The notes below the pieces were generated by a model. The model worked only from the letters and a program-made list of their open reading frames with translations, had not been told where the DNA came from and made no database searches. Below, one piece after another: positions 1 to 10,257 of a stretch of 64,000 nucleotides of DNA (positions are counted from its first letter, which is position 1; each line of letters opens with the position of its first letter). This stretch comes from an uncultured Bacteroidaceae bacterium (GTDB lineage: Bacteria; Bacteroidota; Bacteroidia; Bacteroidales; Bacteroidaceae): assembly GCA_964470845.1 (NCBI GenBank), contig CAYYEL010000004.1, positions 13-64,012 on the forward strand. The letters are read 5' to 3'. Both the position numbers and the translations under genes were made by a program.

Positions 1-58
1 GAACCAACGACATTCAGAACCACAATCTGACGCTCTAACCGACTGAACTATAGTCACC
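1..58 (-). tRNA. tRNA-His (anticodon GTG), 3' part cut off by window edge
   Basis: The reverse complement reads G(-1)-GTGACTA-TA-GTTC-AGTCGGTTA-GAGC-G-TCAGA-TTGTGGT-TCTGA-ATGTC-GTTGG-TTC. This gives an acceptor, D-arm and anticodon arm with GTG in the loop, plus the extra 5' G typical of tRNA-His. The T-arm is truncated at position 1. Confidence 0.8.
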
Positions 59-95
59 ATCTAGAAAACGTCTGCTATTCTCTCGAAAAGCGATG

Positions 96-103
96 CAAAG
101 GTA
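96..103 (-). promoter_or_regulatory. Bacteroidota -7 box (TAccTTTG on minus strand) upstream of tRNA-His
   Basis: The plus strand reads caaaggta, about 38 nt upstream of the tRNA 5' end. Confidence 0.4.
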
Positions 104-226
104 TGAATACTTTTTTATATTTGCAAGCCTTAAAGCATTTTTCTTTTAAAAAAGTCGTATTTTTCAGTTTTTCCGAACAACGGGACGCTGCAACAAAAAA
201 GCACTACCCACTTTAAAGGAAAAGAG

Positions 227-262
227 AAAAGGTGAGACTTGTACTCACTGTCTCACCTTTTT
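227..262. terminator. Bidirectional intrinsic terminator hairpin
   Basis: aaaaggtgagac / gtctcacctttt arms with an 11-nt loop, A-run on the left and T-run on the right. It lies just 3' of the minus-strand hexosaminidase gene. Confidence 0.6.
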
Positions 263-284
263 GTTTAAAATTTAAAAAAAAGAA

Positions 285-1949
285 TTACCATCCTTCCTGA
301 ACACCATCCTCAAAGAAATGTTTTGCGCAATTGTATCCGAATACATAATAGTAGCGCGAGAGTTCCTTGGCGCGAGTTATAAACTCATCGACATTCTTAT
401 TCTCGGGGGCGGGATTTGTCCAGCCAATCTCGGCAAGCGCACCCAGACGCGGAAGCACTTGATACTGCAACTGCATACGTGTGGGAATATACTCTGTCCA
501 CAAATTGGCCTGAACACCTAAAATATATTTCTGCTCGTCTTTAGTGAGGCTCTCGTAGGGATTAAGAGCATAGACCTTTCTCAAGGGAACGTAGCCGCCG
601 ATACCCTCGTGCTCGTCCTTGCGGTCGGTTGTCTGATAGTAGTCGAAATAGCAGTGTCCGTTAGGGGTCATAATAGCCATATTGCCACTCTTGGCAGCCT
701 TTATTCCACCCTCGGAACCGCGCCACGACATTATGGTTGCATTCTTGCTTACACCACCTTCGAGAATCTCGTCCCAACCGATGAGCTTGCGTCCGCGCTC
801 ATTTAAGAATTTCTCGATGCGGTTGGTAACATACGATTGAAGCTCGGCCTCGTCCTTTAGATGATTGTCTTTTATGCGCTGCTGGCAGAGCTCACACACT
901 TTCCACTCGTCGCGGGGCGACTCGTCGCCACCAATATGAATGTACTCCGAGGGAAAAAGTTCGAGCACCTCCTCAAGAACATCGTACCAGAATTGGAACG
1001 ACGACTCTTTTCCTGCACATACAATCTCTGGGGCTACACCCCAATTGCTCCACGTTTTATAATTGCCTTGCTCGCCACGGCAACCGAGCCACGGATAGGC
1101 GCTGAGCGCACCAAGCGAGTGGCCGGGAATCTCAATTTCGGGGATTATGGTGATGAAACGCTCTTGAGCATATTTTACTATCTCCTTAATATCTTTCTGC
1201 GAGTAGTAGCCGCCGTAAGGAACGCCGTCCATTCCTACATTGTGGCCTGTTGTTGTCTGTTCGCGTTTGCTACCAATCTCGGTGAGCAGAGGGTATTTTT
1301 TAATTTCGATTCTCCAGCCTTGATCCTCGGTTAGATGCCAATGGAAACGATTCATCTTGTGCAGAGCCAAAATGTCAATCATCTCCTTTATTGTCTCGAC
1401 ACTCCAGAAGTGGCGCGAGCAGTCGAGCATAAAGCCACGATAGCCAAAATGAGGATTATCATCTATTTTGAGTGTAGGCAGATTGAGCGTCTTTAGGTCG
1501 ATGGGTGTCTCATAGGCCTGCACAGGCACAATCTGACGCAGCGTCTGCACTGCATAGAAAGCACCGGCTGCACTTTTGGCTGTAATAGTTATACCATCAT
1601 TTTTGTTTATTGCAAGGGTATAACCCTCGTTGCCACAATTCTTGTTTGCATCTTTCTTTATCAGTATATATTTACCACCGGGTTTTACCTTCGAGGCGCT
1701 TTTAAGCTCTTTGCCAAAGACATCGACCATAATTTTGTTCAAGGCGTTCTTGACAAATTTAATCTCTTTTTCGTCAAACTCGGTAACAATGCGTGTATCA
1801 TCGGTAAGAACAAACACATCACCTGTAACACTCATCTCTGTGGGCAGAGGCACAATGCTTGGCACAGCAGGCCCATCTTTTTTTGCTTGTGCCGACACTG
1901 TAACAAGCGCCACAAACAACATCACTAAAGTAACAAAACTCTTTCTCAT
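285..1949 (-). CDS. GH20 beta-N-acetylhexosaminidase (secreted)
   Basis: 554 aa with a signal peptide. GH20 motifs GYRGFMLDCSRHF, HWHLTEDQGWR and HIGGDE (catalytic D-E pair) are present. Confidence 0.9.
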   Translation of the reverse strand: MRKSFVTLVMLFVALVTVSAQAKKDGPAVPSIVPLPTEMSVTGDVFVLTDDTRIVTEFDEKEIKFVKNALNKIMVDVFGKELKSASKVKPGGKYILIKKDANKNCGNEGYTLAINKNDGITITAKSAAGAFYAVQTLRQIVPVQAYETPIDLKTLNLPTLKIDDNPHFGYRGFMLDCSRHFWSVETIKEMIDILALHKMNRFHWHLTEDQGWRIEIKKYPLLTEIGSKREQTTTGHNVGMDGVPYGGYYSQKDIKEIVKYAQERFITIIPEIEIPGHSLGALSAYPWLGCRGEQGNYKTWSNWGVAPEIVCAGKESSFQFWYDVLEEVLELFPSEYIHIGGDESPRDEWKVCELCQQRIKDNHLKDEAELQSYVTNRIEKFLNERGRKLIGWDEILEGGVSKNATIMSWRGSEGGIKAAKSGNMAIMTPNGHCYFDYYQTTDRKDEHEGIGGYVPLRKVYALNPYESLTKDEQKYILGVQANLWTEYIPTRMQLQYQVLPRLGALAEIGWTNPAPENKNVDEFITRAKELSRYYYVFGYNCAKHFFEDGVQEGW

Positions 1950-2232
1950 AATTCTATAATGTTTAAAATTAAATTGGTCTGTTATACAAAATTAAATCAG
2001 ACTATTCGGGAAGCGATTAACGGTTTCCACAAAAAGATTATGGACAGCAATCAGCATTCAAATACAAACTTATAATAAAATAAGCAAATAAAAAATACTT
2101 TATCGGTTTTTTACCCGAAAAGCAACAAACTCCCCGAAACTCCCCGACACTCTGATACAATGCAAGTTTACAAAAAACCTTTAAAGAATACTATTTCTTT
2201 ATTCAAACAGACGTAATAACGGTTTTTTTTTG

Positions 2233-2240
2233 TAAGTTTG
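2233..2240 (+). promoter_or_regulatory. -7 box TAagTTTG for the DUF2148-aguA-aguB operon
   Basis: Exact TAnnTTTG match 39 nt upstream of the ATG at 2279. Confidence 0.45.
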
Positions 2241-2278
2241 CCGTAAACAGCAAATTTCGCTTACAAATAAAAAGAATT

Positions 2279-2800
2279 ATGATATACAACGAACGAGAAA
2301 CGCGCCACAATCAAGTAATTGAGGCGGCCAAACAGATGATGACAGCAGCCCGCACTGCCCCAAAGGCCAAAGGCTGCGACATAATAGAAATATCAATGAT
2401 AATAGAGGACGACATATACGCCCTGTCCAATGCCCTGCAACAGATTGGCGAGGAGCGTCAACGTCCGGGAATGATACGCGATGCACAGAACATACTCTCG
2501 GCCGAGGCAATTATTATTATAGGTTCGCGCGAGCAAGCAATGGGGCTCAACTGCGCCTATTGCGGCTGCCCCACCTGCGATGTACGCCCCGAGGGTGTCC
2601 CCTGTTCAATGAACACAATAGACGTGGGAATAGCCATCGGCTCGGCCTGCGCAACAGCAGCCGACCTGCGCGTCGATACACGTGTAATGTACTCGGCCGG
2701 ATACGCAGCCCACAAGCTCGGTTGGATGCCCGATTGTAATTACATAATAGCAATACCTGTGAGCGCAGGTTCAAAAAACCCCTTCTTCGACCGAAAATAA
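2279..2800 (+). CDS. DUF2148-like ferredoxin-domain protein
   Basis: 173 aa with the Cys cluster NCAYCGCPTC. The N-terminus resembles DUF2148 family proteins (recalled from memory). There is a 1-nt gap to aguA. Confidence 0.55.
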   Translation: MIYNERETRHNQVIEAAKQMMTAARTAPKAKGCDIIEISMIIEDDIYALSNALQQIGEERQRPGMIRDAQNILSAEAIIIIGSREQAMGLNCAYCGCPTCDVRPEGVPCSMNTIDVGIAIGSACATAADLRVDTRVMYSAGYAAHKLGWMPDCNYIIAIPVSAGSKNPFFDRK

Positions 2801-2801
2801 A

Positions 2802-3842
2802 ATGGAACAGAGACGAGAATTATATCTGCCGGCCGAATGGCACAAACAGCAAATGGTGCAACTCACGTGGCCGCACGAAAATACCGATTGGGCCTATATG
2901 CTCGACGAAGCAATAAAATGTTTCGTCGATATTGCCGTTGCCATCAGCCGTCGCCAAAAGCTGCTCATAGTAACCCCCGAGCCCGACACCGTTCGCAAGC
3001 AACTGCAAATGACAGCCGCCAACATACAAAACATACGTTTTTTTCAGTGCGAGAGCAACGACACGTGGGCACGCGACCACGCCTTTATAACAATCTTGGG
3101 CGACAGCGTCCCACACTATCTCGATTTTGAGTTTAACGGTTGGGGGCGTAAATTCGCTGCCGACAAAGACAATGCCATAAACAGTAAAATGTACGACGCA
3201 GGTGTTGTAAAAGGCGAGTACGAGGATTGTCTGAGCCTTGTGCTTGAGGGAGGCTCAATAGAGAGCGATGGCAAAGGCACACTGCTCACAACCACCCACT
3301 GTCTTATGGCATCTCACCGCAACCAGCCCCTCACACGCGAACAGATAGAGAAACGCCTCGTGCAGATGCTGCACGTCAAGCGAGTATTGTGGCTCGACCA
3401 CGGCAATCTCATAGGCGACGACACCGACGGACACATCGACACAATTGCCCGCTTCGCTCCCAACGACACAATAATACACGTTCGCTGCAACGACCCCGAG
3501 GACGAACAATTTGCCGACCTTCAGGCAATGGAAGCACAATTAGCGACTTTCCGTACCGAAGAGGGCACCCCCTACCGTCTGTTGGCCCTCCCCTCGCCCG
3601 ATGCCATATACGACGAGAACAACGAGCGACTGCCGGCCACATACGCCAACTTCCTCATAATGAACAATGCAGTACTGTACCCCACATACGCACAGCCACA
3701 GAACGACCAACGAGCAGCCGAGGTTCTTGCAAAAGCCTTCCCCTCGCACGAGATAATAGGCATCGACTGCCGCGCACTTATCAAGCAGCACGGCTCGTTA
3801 CACTGCGTAACAATGCAATACCCCATAGTGCAAAAACCTTAG
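2802..3842 (+). CDS. aguA: Agmatine deiminase
   Basis: 346 aa. The LPAEWH N-terminal motif, TWARD, and a C-terminal catalytic Cys in GSLHCVTMQ are typical of Porphyromonas-type peptidyl-arginine/agmatine deiminases. Confidence 0.9.
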   Translation: MEQRRELYLPAEWHKQQMVQLTWPHENTDWAYMLDEAIKCFVDIAVAISRRQKLLIVTPEPDTVRKQLQMTAANIQNIRFFQCESNDTWARDHAFITILGDSVPHYLDFEFNGWGRKFAADKDNAINSKMYDAGVVKGEYEDCLSLVLEGGSIESDGKGTLLTTTHCLMASHRNQPLTREQIEKRLVQMLHVKRVLWLDHGNLIGDDTDGHIDTIARFAPNDTIIHVRCNDPEDEQFADLQAMEAQLATFRTEEGTPYRLLALPSPDAIYDENNERLPATYANFLIMNNAVLYPTYAQPQNDQRAAEVLAKAFPSHEIIGIDCRALIKQHGSLHCVTMQYPIVQKP

Positions 3843-3912
3843 TAATTTCCATCCAAGATACAGGCCGACGAGCAAAAAAGCCCACTACAAAGACATTAAA
3901 CAACAAAAAAGT

Positions 3913-4791
3913 ATGAAAATAGGAATAATACAGCAAAGCAACAGCGAAAATACAGAACAAAACAAACAAAAGCTGGCCGACAACATACGCAAGGTAGCAG
4001 CACATGGCGCCGAGCTTGTCGTGCTTCAAGAGCTCCACAACTCACTCTACTTTTGCCAAGTAGAAAGCACACAAAATTTTGCCCTCGCCGAGCCCATCCC
4101 CGGCCCATCGACACAATTCTACAGCGCCATTGCCGCCGAATGCAACATAGTCCTTGTTACCTCACTCTTTGAAGCACGCGCCAAAGGCCTCTACCACAAC
4201 ACCGCCGTCGTTTTTGAAAAAGACGGCAGCATCGCGGGCAAATACCGCAAGATGCACATCCCCGACGACCCCGCCTACTACGAGAAATTCTATTTCACCC
4301 CCGGCGACTTAGGCTTCCGCCCCATAAAGACCTCGGTCGGCACATTAGGCGTACAAGTATGCTGGGATCAATGGTACCCCGAGGGCGCCCGACTTATGGC
4401 ACTGCGTGGAGCCGACCTGCTCATCTACCCCACTGCCATAGGCTGGGAGAGCAGCGACACAAAAGAGGAACAAGAGCGTCAATTGGGAGCTTGGCAGACA
4501 GTACAGCGCGGCCACGCAGTAGCCAACGGCCTGCCCGTAATTGCCGTAAACCGCTGTGGCCACGAGCCCGACCCCTCGGGAATGACACGCGGCATACAAT
4601 TTTGGGGACACAGTTTCATTGCAGGCCCACAAGGCGAGTTTCTTGCCCATTTTGGCGAGGACGAACAGACAGCCGTGGTCGAGGTGAGCATCGAGCGCAG
4701 CGAATCGGTGCGCCAATGGTGGCCTTTCTTGCGCGACCGCCGCATCGAGGAGTACAGCCCCATAACCAAGCGCTATCTTGACGAGGAGTAA
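3913..4791 (+). CDS. aguB: N-carbamoylputrescine amidase (nitrilase superfamily)
   Basis: 292 aa. The Glu-Lys-Cys triad contexts are VLQEL, YRKMHIP and VCWDQWYPE. It is adjacent to aguA. Confidence 0.85.
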   Translation: MKIGIIQQSNSENTEQNKQKLADNIRKVAAHGAELVVLQELHNSLYFCQVESTQNFALAEPIPGPSTQFYSAIAAECNIVLVTSLFEARAKGLYHNTAVVFEKDGSIAGKYRKMHIPDDPAYYEKFYFTPGDLGFRPIKTSVGTLGVQVCWDQWYPEGARLMALRGADLLIYPTAIGWESSDTKEEQERQLGAWQTVQRGHAVANGLPVIAVNRCGHEPDPSGMTRGIQFWGHSFIAGPQGEFLAHFGEDEQTAVVEVSIERSESVRQWWPFLRDRRIEEYSPITKRYLDEE

Positions 4792-4877
4792 CAAATACCT
4801 CACCCATATACAGTTTCTAAAACAATCTGCTTAAAGCAGTAAAAATTTAGCTATTAAGCAGATAACAGTTATTTGAC

Positions 4878-4919
4878 AGGTAAGCGAGTATGAAACACAC
4901 TCGCTTACCTTATATTTTA
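4878..4919 (+). terminator. Intrinsic terminator after aguB
   Basis: Perfect 12-bp stem aggtaagcgagt / actcgcttacct followed by tatatttta. Confidence 0.7.
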
Positions 4920-5357
4920 GCCTATCCTTAGACAAAATAAACCTACATATTATTGGTGCTATTTGTTAACAAACCCCAAAAAAGAAGGTTGATTATTGCT
5001 GTTTTATTGACAGCGGAGTATCTCCTGCATTATATTCACCACAAAAAATTTTAATATATGTTGCAATATGTGCAGCGAGCATCTTACTACACTTGTTTGT
5101 CTGTCATACATAAACGACACAGTTAAATGTAAAAAGATTGTGAATCTTACTATTGGAATGAAAGAAACCGGGGAGCCACAAGGTACTACCAAGACTTTTT
5201 AATCGGCTATGTTTTAAGAAACGATAAATTGGTATTGGATTACCTCTCTACATTAAGAAAAGGGCATCAGATGCAATTTTGGCAATTCTGTTGGTCAACT
5301 GTAACTGAATGCTATTGGGCCGATGTTTTTCTTGAATTATAAAACCGCAACCGGTTG

Positions 5358-5525
5358 ATGTATCCCAAGCAGATGGAGATGTCGCGCATAGCTTTTGAAT
5401 ATTTCTACGATGGGATATACTACCCAAGGCTTCTGCCACACAACGAGGAGGAATACAATCGTAAATATGAGAATCGAAATTACAGAAGCGATTTTAATGA
5501 TTATAGAGACAGTTATTTAGAGTAA
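5358..5525 (+). CDS. Candidate small protein (55 aa, Tyr/Asn/Arg/Glu-rich), hypothetical
   Basis: ATG-to-TAA ORF below the 60-aa track cutoff (MYPKQMEMSRIAFEYFYDGIYYPRLLPHNEEEYNRKYENRNYRSDFNDYRDSYLE). It ends 3 nt before a strong hairpin. I recognise no homology. Confidence 0.2.
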   Translation: MYPKQMEMSRIAFEYFYDGIYYPRLLPHNEEEYNRKYENRNYRSDFNDYRDSYLE

Positions 5526-5528
5526 CAC

Positions 5529-5570
5529 ATAAACTACGAGGCGAATAATTTTGTTCGCCTCGTAGTTTAT
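5529..5570. terminator. Bidirectional terminator hairpin (perfect 17-bp stem)
   Basis: ataaactacgaggcgaa / ttcgcctcgtagtttat with an 8-nt loop, between converging transcription units. Confidence 0.7.
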
Positions 5571-5583
5571 AAGAACAATCGGA

Positions 5584-6099
5584 TTAACACTTACACTGCA
5601 TCGACTGCACCACCCACTCGACGTCGCGCAAATAATCCTGAAGGTCTTGTTCGTGCTCCTCTTCCTCGGCCATAATGCGCTTGGCAATATCGCACGTCGT
5701 ATAATCAATATTATTAGTGAGGCTTGCAATCTCCTCGTAACGGATAACGGCACAGCGCTCGGCTGCGATATTCTGCTTGAGCAAGCTTATGACATCATTA
5801 TTCAGTGGAGCGGCATATTTACAACGCGCCAAGTTGAACCACTGTGCAGGATTGAGCACCGGCGTTCCTTCGAGCTGAATAATGCGATCGGCAAGCAGCT
5901 TTGCGTGCAAATACTCCTCCTCGGCGTGCTCCTCAAATTCACGTTGAACATCGGCACGCATAGCACCCTCGACAACCAAACTGCCTATCCAATATTGATA
6001 ATAGGCCAACCACTCCTCACTAAGCGCAGCATTCAGCTGCTCCAATAACCTCGGCAGGTCGATACGCTGCCTTAAAATCAACACACTCTCCTTAGCCAT
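5584..6099 (-). CDS. Bacterioferritin-like (ferritin-like diiron) protein
   Basis: Ferritin-like helices with EE..H motifs (EFEEHAEEEYLHA, AEEEEHEQDL). The start was moved to MAKESV (6099) from the longer ORF start at 6141. Confidence 0.65.
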   Translation of the reverse strand: MAKESVLILRQRIDLPRLLEQLNAALSEEWLAYYQYWIGSLVVEGAMRADVQREFEEHAEEEYLHAKLLADRIIQLEGTPVLNPAQWFNLARCKYAAPLNNDVISLLKQNIAAERCAVIRYEEIASLTNNIDYTTCDIAKRIMAEEEEHEQDLQDYLRDVEWVVQSMQCKC

Positions 6100-6319
6100 A
6101 ATATTAACATAATAGTAAATAATAACATACCTATTAAACACTGAGGAGAGCAGTTTGTTTATATATACCGAACAATAGAATGACTATAAAAAATAATCTT
6201 CTATAATATTGCTTTAATATAATAAAAAATATTAAATTTGCAACCTATAAGAGCCATTTAATGGCCTCTCGAAAGCCGCAAGGCCTTCGACAAATGTTAA
6301 ATATAGTAAACAAATAACA

Positions 6320-6904
6320 ATGAAACTCGCCGTTGTAACAAAACCGACATTTTTCATTGAGGAGGACAAAATAATTACCCGACTGTTTGAAGAAGAGCTC
6401 GATTACCTTTTCCTCGACAAGTCTTATCCTCATCCACAATACATTGAAAGATTGTTGAACCTCATACCCAAGAAGTTCCACAAACGAATTTTCACTTGCA
6501 ACAACCGACTGATGCAAGATTATAAGTTGGCAGGACAATTGTTTCCTCCCGGCTCGCCCCACCCAACCGAAAAACAAAAAGGCAAGCTCGTGGGCTATGC
6601 AGCCAACCTCAGTGAGCTACACGAATTTAAAGGATTTTACGAAATAATGTGTTTCGGCCCGATGGGACGCACTTTCCACCAGAGTGCCGAGCTTAACGAA
6701 TATGGAAAGAAAGTAATCAACAAGCGCGTATGGGCATTTGGCGATATTGACGAGGGCAACCTTAAACGCCTTGCCTCGTATGGATTCGGTGGTGTGATAT
6801 TAGATGCACAAGTGTGGAATCGTTTCGACTCGTGCCGCTCGACCGATTATAGCGAGTTGATGGACAGCTTCAAAAAAATACAGAAAATAGCCAAGAAACT
6901 ATAA
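6320..6904 (+). CDS. Thiamine-phosphate synthase-like (TMP-TenI family) protein
   Basis: 194 aa. The call rests on weak, recalled resemblance to short Bacteroidales TenI/ThiE-like proteins and was not verified. Confidence 0.35.
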   Translation: MKLAVVTKPTFFIEEDKIITRLFEEELDYLFLDKSYPHPQYIERLLNLIPKKFHKRIFTCNNRLMQDYKLAGQLFPPGSPHPTEKQKGKLVGYAANLSELHEFKGFYEIMCFGPMGRTFHQSAELNEYGKKVINKRVWAFGDIDEGNLKRLASYGFGGVILDAQVWNRFDSCRSTDYSELMDSFKKIQKIAKKL

Positions 6905-6957
6905 AACACAAACAAGAATAATAAAACAACAAATAACCAACTAAACACTTTACCTTT

Positions 6958-7893
6958 ATGAACAATACCCCTTATATGGTATTCTCGGGAACAAAATCTC
7001 GTTACCTTGCCGAAGAAATCTGTAAAGAGTTAGGATGTCCCCTCGGACAGATGAACACAACCTATTTTGCCGATGGCGAGTTTGCAGTATCTTACGAAGA
7101 GTCTATCCGTGGAAAGAATGTATTCCTTGTACAATCGACATTCCCCAACTCGGATAATCTTATGGAGTTGTTGCTTATGGTAGATGCTGCCAAGCGTGCA
7201 TCTGCAAAAAGCATCGTAGCCGTAATGCCCTATTTTGGTTGGGCACGTCAAGACCGTAAAGACAAGCCCCGTGTATCAATAGGAGCAAAGTTGGTAGCCG
7301 ACCTTTTGAGCGTAGCCGGTGTGAGCCGTATAATAACAATGGATCTTCACGCCGACCAGATTCAGGGATTCTTTGACATCCCCGTTGACCATCTGTATGC
7401 CTCAATGGTATTTATCCCCTACATCAACTCACTGAAGCTCGATAACCTTGTAATTGCCACTCCCGACGTAGGCGGTTCAAAGCGTGCAAGCACCTACTCA
7501 AAATGTCTTGGTGTTCCCCTTGTACTATGCCACAAAACACGCGCAAAAGCCAATGTTGTTGACACAATGCAGATTATCGGTGATGTTAAAGGCAAGAATG
7601 TTATCTTGGTAGATGATATTGTCGATACAGCCGGTACAATATCAAAAGCAGCCAACCTTATGATGGAGAATGGTGCACTCTCGGTACGCGCCATTGCGTC
7701 GCACTGTATTATGTCGGGTAACGCATCCGAGCGTGTACGCGAGTCATCTATGACCGAGATTGTATTTACCAACAGTATCCCCTACGACAAGGGCTGTCCC
7801 AAGGTTAAACAGCTCTCGATAGCTAAAGGATTCGCCGAGGCAATACAATGCGTGCTGAACAACAAGTCAATTAGCAAACAATATATCTGCTGA
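6958..7893 (+). CDS. prs: Ribose-phosphate pyrophosphokinase
   Basis: 311 aa with the motifs PYFGWARQDRK and DLHADQIQGFF and the PRPP-binding loop VDDIVDTAGT. Confidence 0.95.
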   Translation: MNNTPYMVFSGTKSRYLAEEICKELGCPLGQMNTTYFADGEFAVSYEESIRGKNVFLVQSTFPNSDNLMELLLMVDAAKRASAKSIVAVMPYFGWARQDRKDKPRVSIGAKLVADLLSVAGVSRIITMDLHADQIQGFFDIPVDHLYASMVFIPYINSLKLDNLVIATPDVGGSKRASTYSKCLGVPLVLCHKTRAKANVVDTMQIIGDVKGKNVILVDDIVDTAGTISKAANLMMENGALSVRAIASHCIMSGNASERVRESSMTEIVFTNSIPYDKGCPKVKQLSIAKGFAEAIQCVLNNKSISKQYIC

Positions 7894-7906
7894 TAACAGT
7901 AAAAAA

Positions 7907-8677
7907 ATGAAAAAAATTCTTTCGATATTTGCATTATTAGTTGCACTTGCATCGTGTACAGGAGGCAGCGACTACACCATCAGCGGCATCATTGACGGTG
8001 CCATTGATGGCGATAGCGTACAATTGGGTTACTCGGTAGATGGAATAAACTTTACCACCGTACAATCGACCACAATCGAGGGTGGTAAATTCCATTTCAG
8101 CGGTAAAGTCGATGGCAGTAAAATATATTATATAGGTTACAACTACACCGACCCGCCCATATACTCGTTGCTATTCCTTGAGGGTGGCAATATTACGGCT
8201 GAAATATCACCCGCAGGGAGTGTTACACTCGGCAGTCCCTCTAACGACCTAAATGCAGAGATTGAAAAGAATCTTACACAATACGTAAATACAATTTACG
8301 ATTGCCAGATGCAGCTTTACAGCGACACACTGCTACCCGATACCACAAAGGCTGCCCTAAGCCTAAAGGCGATGGAGGCACAACGCGACGCTTCACTTTA
8401 TATAAAAGATATTATAGACAAGAACATCGGTTCAATTGTAGGATTATTCCTGCTGGTTCAATATGCCGACCTGTTCGACAAGGAGGAATTAGACAGATTA
8501 GTTGCAAGCATCCCCCAAGAGAACATCGACCGCAACAACAATTGCCTTTACGATATTCTATGCGAGATACAGAGTGAGCACAACACCCAGCCCTTGGACG
8601 AGCCAACAGAAGAGCAGATTGACCGAGCACTTGAGCAGGCCCTGCAAGGCGCTATTGATGCTGCATCCGAAGATTAA
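7907..8677 (+). CDS. Lipoprotein, DUF4369-like
   Basis: 256 aa with a lipobox (LASC). The N-terminal ISGIIDGAIDGDSVQLGY pattern resembles DUF4369. Confidence 0.5.
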   Translation: MKKILSIFALLVALASCTGGSDYTISGIIDGAIDGDSVQLGYSVDGINFTTVQSTTIEGGKFHFSGKVDGSKIYYIGYNYTDPPIYSLLFLEGGNITAEISPAGSVTLGSPSNDLNAEIEKNLTQYVNTIYDCQMQLYSDTLLPDTTKAALSLKAMEAQRDASLYIKDIIDKNIGSIVGLFLLVQYADLFDKEELDRLVASIPQENIDRNNNCLYDILCEIQSEHNTQPLDEPTEEQIDRALEQALQGAIDAASED

Positions 8678-8681
8678 AGAC

Positions 8682-8724
8682 AAAAAAAAGGATTTTTACT
8701 ACCAAGTAAAAATCCTTTTTTTTT
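8682..8724. terminator. Bidirectional terminator hairpin
   Basis: aaaaaaaaggatttttact / agtaaaaatccttttttttt, between the converging lipoprotein and panB genes. Confidence 0.7.
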
Positions 8725-8752
8725 GCTTTACACGAAAGTATAAAACAAGCTC

Positions 8753-9574
8753 TTAATACTGCTCATTCTCATTAGGAAATTCCTTAGCCTTAACATCGCT
8801 AACATAATTGCCCACTGCGTCGCTTATAACACTGTTAAGGTCGGCGTAACGACGCAAGAAGCGCGGAGTAAAATCGGCAGTCATTCCTAACATATCGGTG
8901 CACACAAGCACCTGACCATCGACACCACCACCGGCACCGATACCAATCACAGGAATTTCGAGCCCCTCGGCAACCTTTGTTCCCAAATGTGCAGGAATTT
9001 TCTCAAGCACAAGAGCAAAACATCCGGCCTCTTGCAACAACTGTGCATCGTGGCACAGCTTGGCAGCCTCGGCCTCGTCCTTGGCACGTACGCCGTATGT
9101 ACCAAATTTGTTTATACTCTGCGGTGTAAGTCCAAGATGTCCCATAATAGGTATTCCGGCATCAAGAATCTTGCGTATCGAGGGGAGAATCTCCTCGCCA
9201 CCTTCGAGCTTAAGCGCATCGGCGTGCGTCTCTTTCATTATACGAATAGCATTCTTAACAGCCTCGTCGGCGTTTACCTGATATGTTCCGAAAGGCATAT
9301 CGGCAACCACAAGAGCACGTTTAACACCGCGTACCACCGACTTTGCGTGATAAATCATTTGGTCGAGTGTGATAGGCAGCGTTGTTACGTTTCCGGCCAT
9401 TACATTTGAGGCCGAGTCGCCTACAAGAATTATATCCACGCCCGAGGCATCAATTATAGAGGCCATTGTATAATCGTATGCAGTGAGCATTGCAATTTTC
9501 TCGCCCTTACGCTTCATCTCAATTACGCGACGAGTTGTTACTTTGCGGGCATCTTCTACAATATATTTCGACAT
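8753..9574 (-). CDS. panB: 3-methyl-2-oxobutanoate hydroxymethyltransferase
   Basis: PanB-like sequence (LTAYDY, ILVGDS, KLEGG). The start was set at MSKYIV (9574) rather than the ORF-track start at 9613. Confidence 0.9.
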   Translation of the reverse strand: MSKYIVEDARKVTTRRVIEMKRKGEKIAMLTAYDYTMASIIDASGVDIILVGDSASNVMAGNVTTLPITLDQMIYHAKSVVRGVKRALVVADMPFGTYQVNADEAVKNAIRIMKETHADALKLEGGEEILPSIRKILDAGIPIMGHLGLTPQSINKFGTYGVRAKDEAEAAKLCHDAQLLQEAGCFALVLEKIPAHLGTKVAEGLEIPVIGIGAGGGVDGQVLVCTDMLGMTADFTPRFLRRYADLNSVISDAVGNYVSDVKAKEFPNENEQY

Positions 9575-9774
9575 TTTTGTTAATTTTGTTAGATTATTAA
9601 ACATCGGATGCACATACTAAAAAATGTTGCATCAAAAACTGCGCAAAATTACAGTAAAAAATGCACCTCGCAAAGATATTGAGCAAAGAAACTTTTAAAA
9701 ATTTTTAGTAACAGGTGTTACAAGTTTCATTTTTCTTCGTCTTTATATTGTAAAAGCCCATAAGCAGAAGGTAA

Positions 9775-10257
9775 ATGACACAGACAGAATTTAAAAAACG
9801 ATTCCTCCCATTGCATCAAACATTGCTCGCCGAGGCATACAAAATGCTTTGCGACAAATTTGAAGCCGAGGATGCTGTACAAAATCTCTATCTGCGTTTA
9901 TGGGAGAACAGAGAAAGGCTAAAGAATCTTACTTCGCCCGAAGGCTACCTGCGCACAGCACTGCGCAACATCTGCATCGACAGATGGCGTGTGCTGAGAA
10001 TGCTCGAAGAGAAGAACAAAATCCTCGCCGAGGAGACAACGACAGAAACACCGCCCGAGATTGAAAAAGATGACATACAGCAATGTTTAGCTCATTTTCT
10101 GAGAGGCTTGCCCGACATTCAGCAGCGTATTATGAGAATGGTGATGAACGGTTACAGTTGCAGAGAGATTGAAGAGATTACAGGAGTACCCGAGGCCAAT
10201 ATAAGAGTTACAGTGTCGCGCCTGCGAAAAAGATTCAGAAATTATACTGACAAATGA
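9775..10257 (+). CDS. ECF-type RNA polymerase sigma-70 factor
   Basis: 160 aa with region 2 (AEDAVQNLYLRLWE) and the region 4 HTH (SCREIEEITGVPEANIRVTVSRLRKR). Confidence 0.85.
   Translation: MTQTEFKKRFLPLHQTLLAEAYKMLCDKFEAEDAVQNLYLRLWENRERLKNLTSPEGYLRTALRNICIDRWRVLRMLEEKNKILAEETTTETPPEIEKDDIQQCLAHFLRGLPDIQQRIMRMVMNGYSCREIEEITGVPEANIRVTVSRLRKRFRNYTDK

Noticed and set aside
1-58. tRNA-His considered as the attachment site of an integrated element.
   Set aside because: The tRNA is at the window edge. No integrase, direct repeat of the tRNA 3' end or island-like content is visible next to it inside the window, so this cannot be evaluated.
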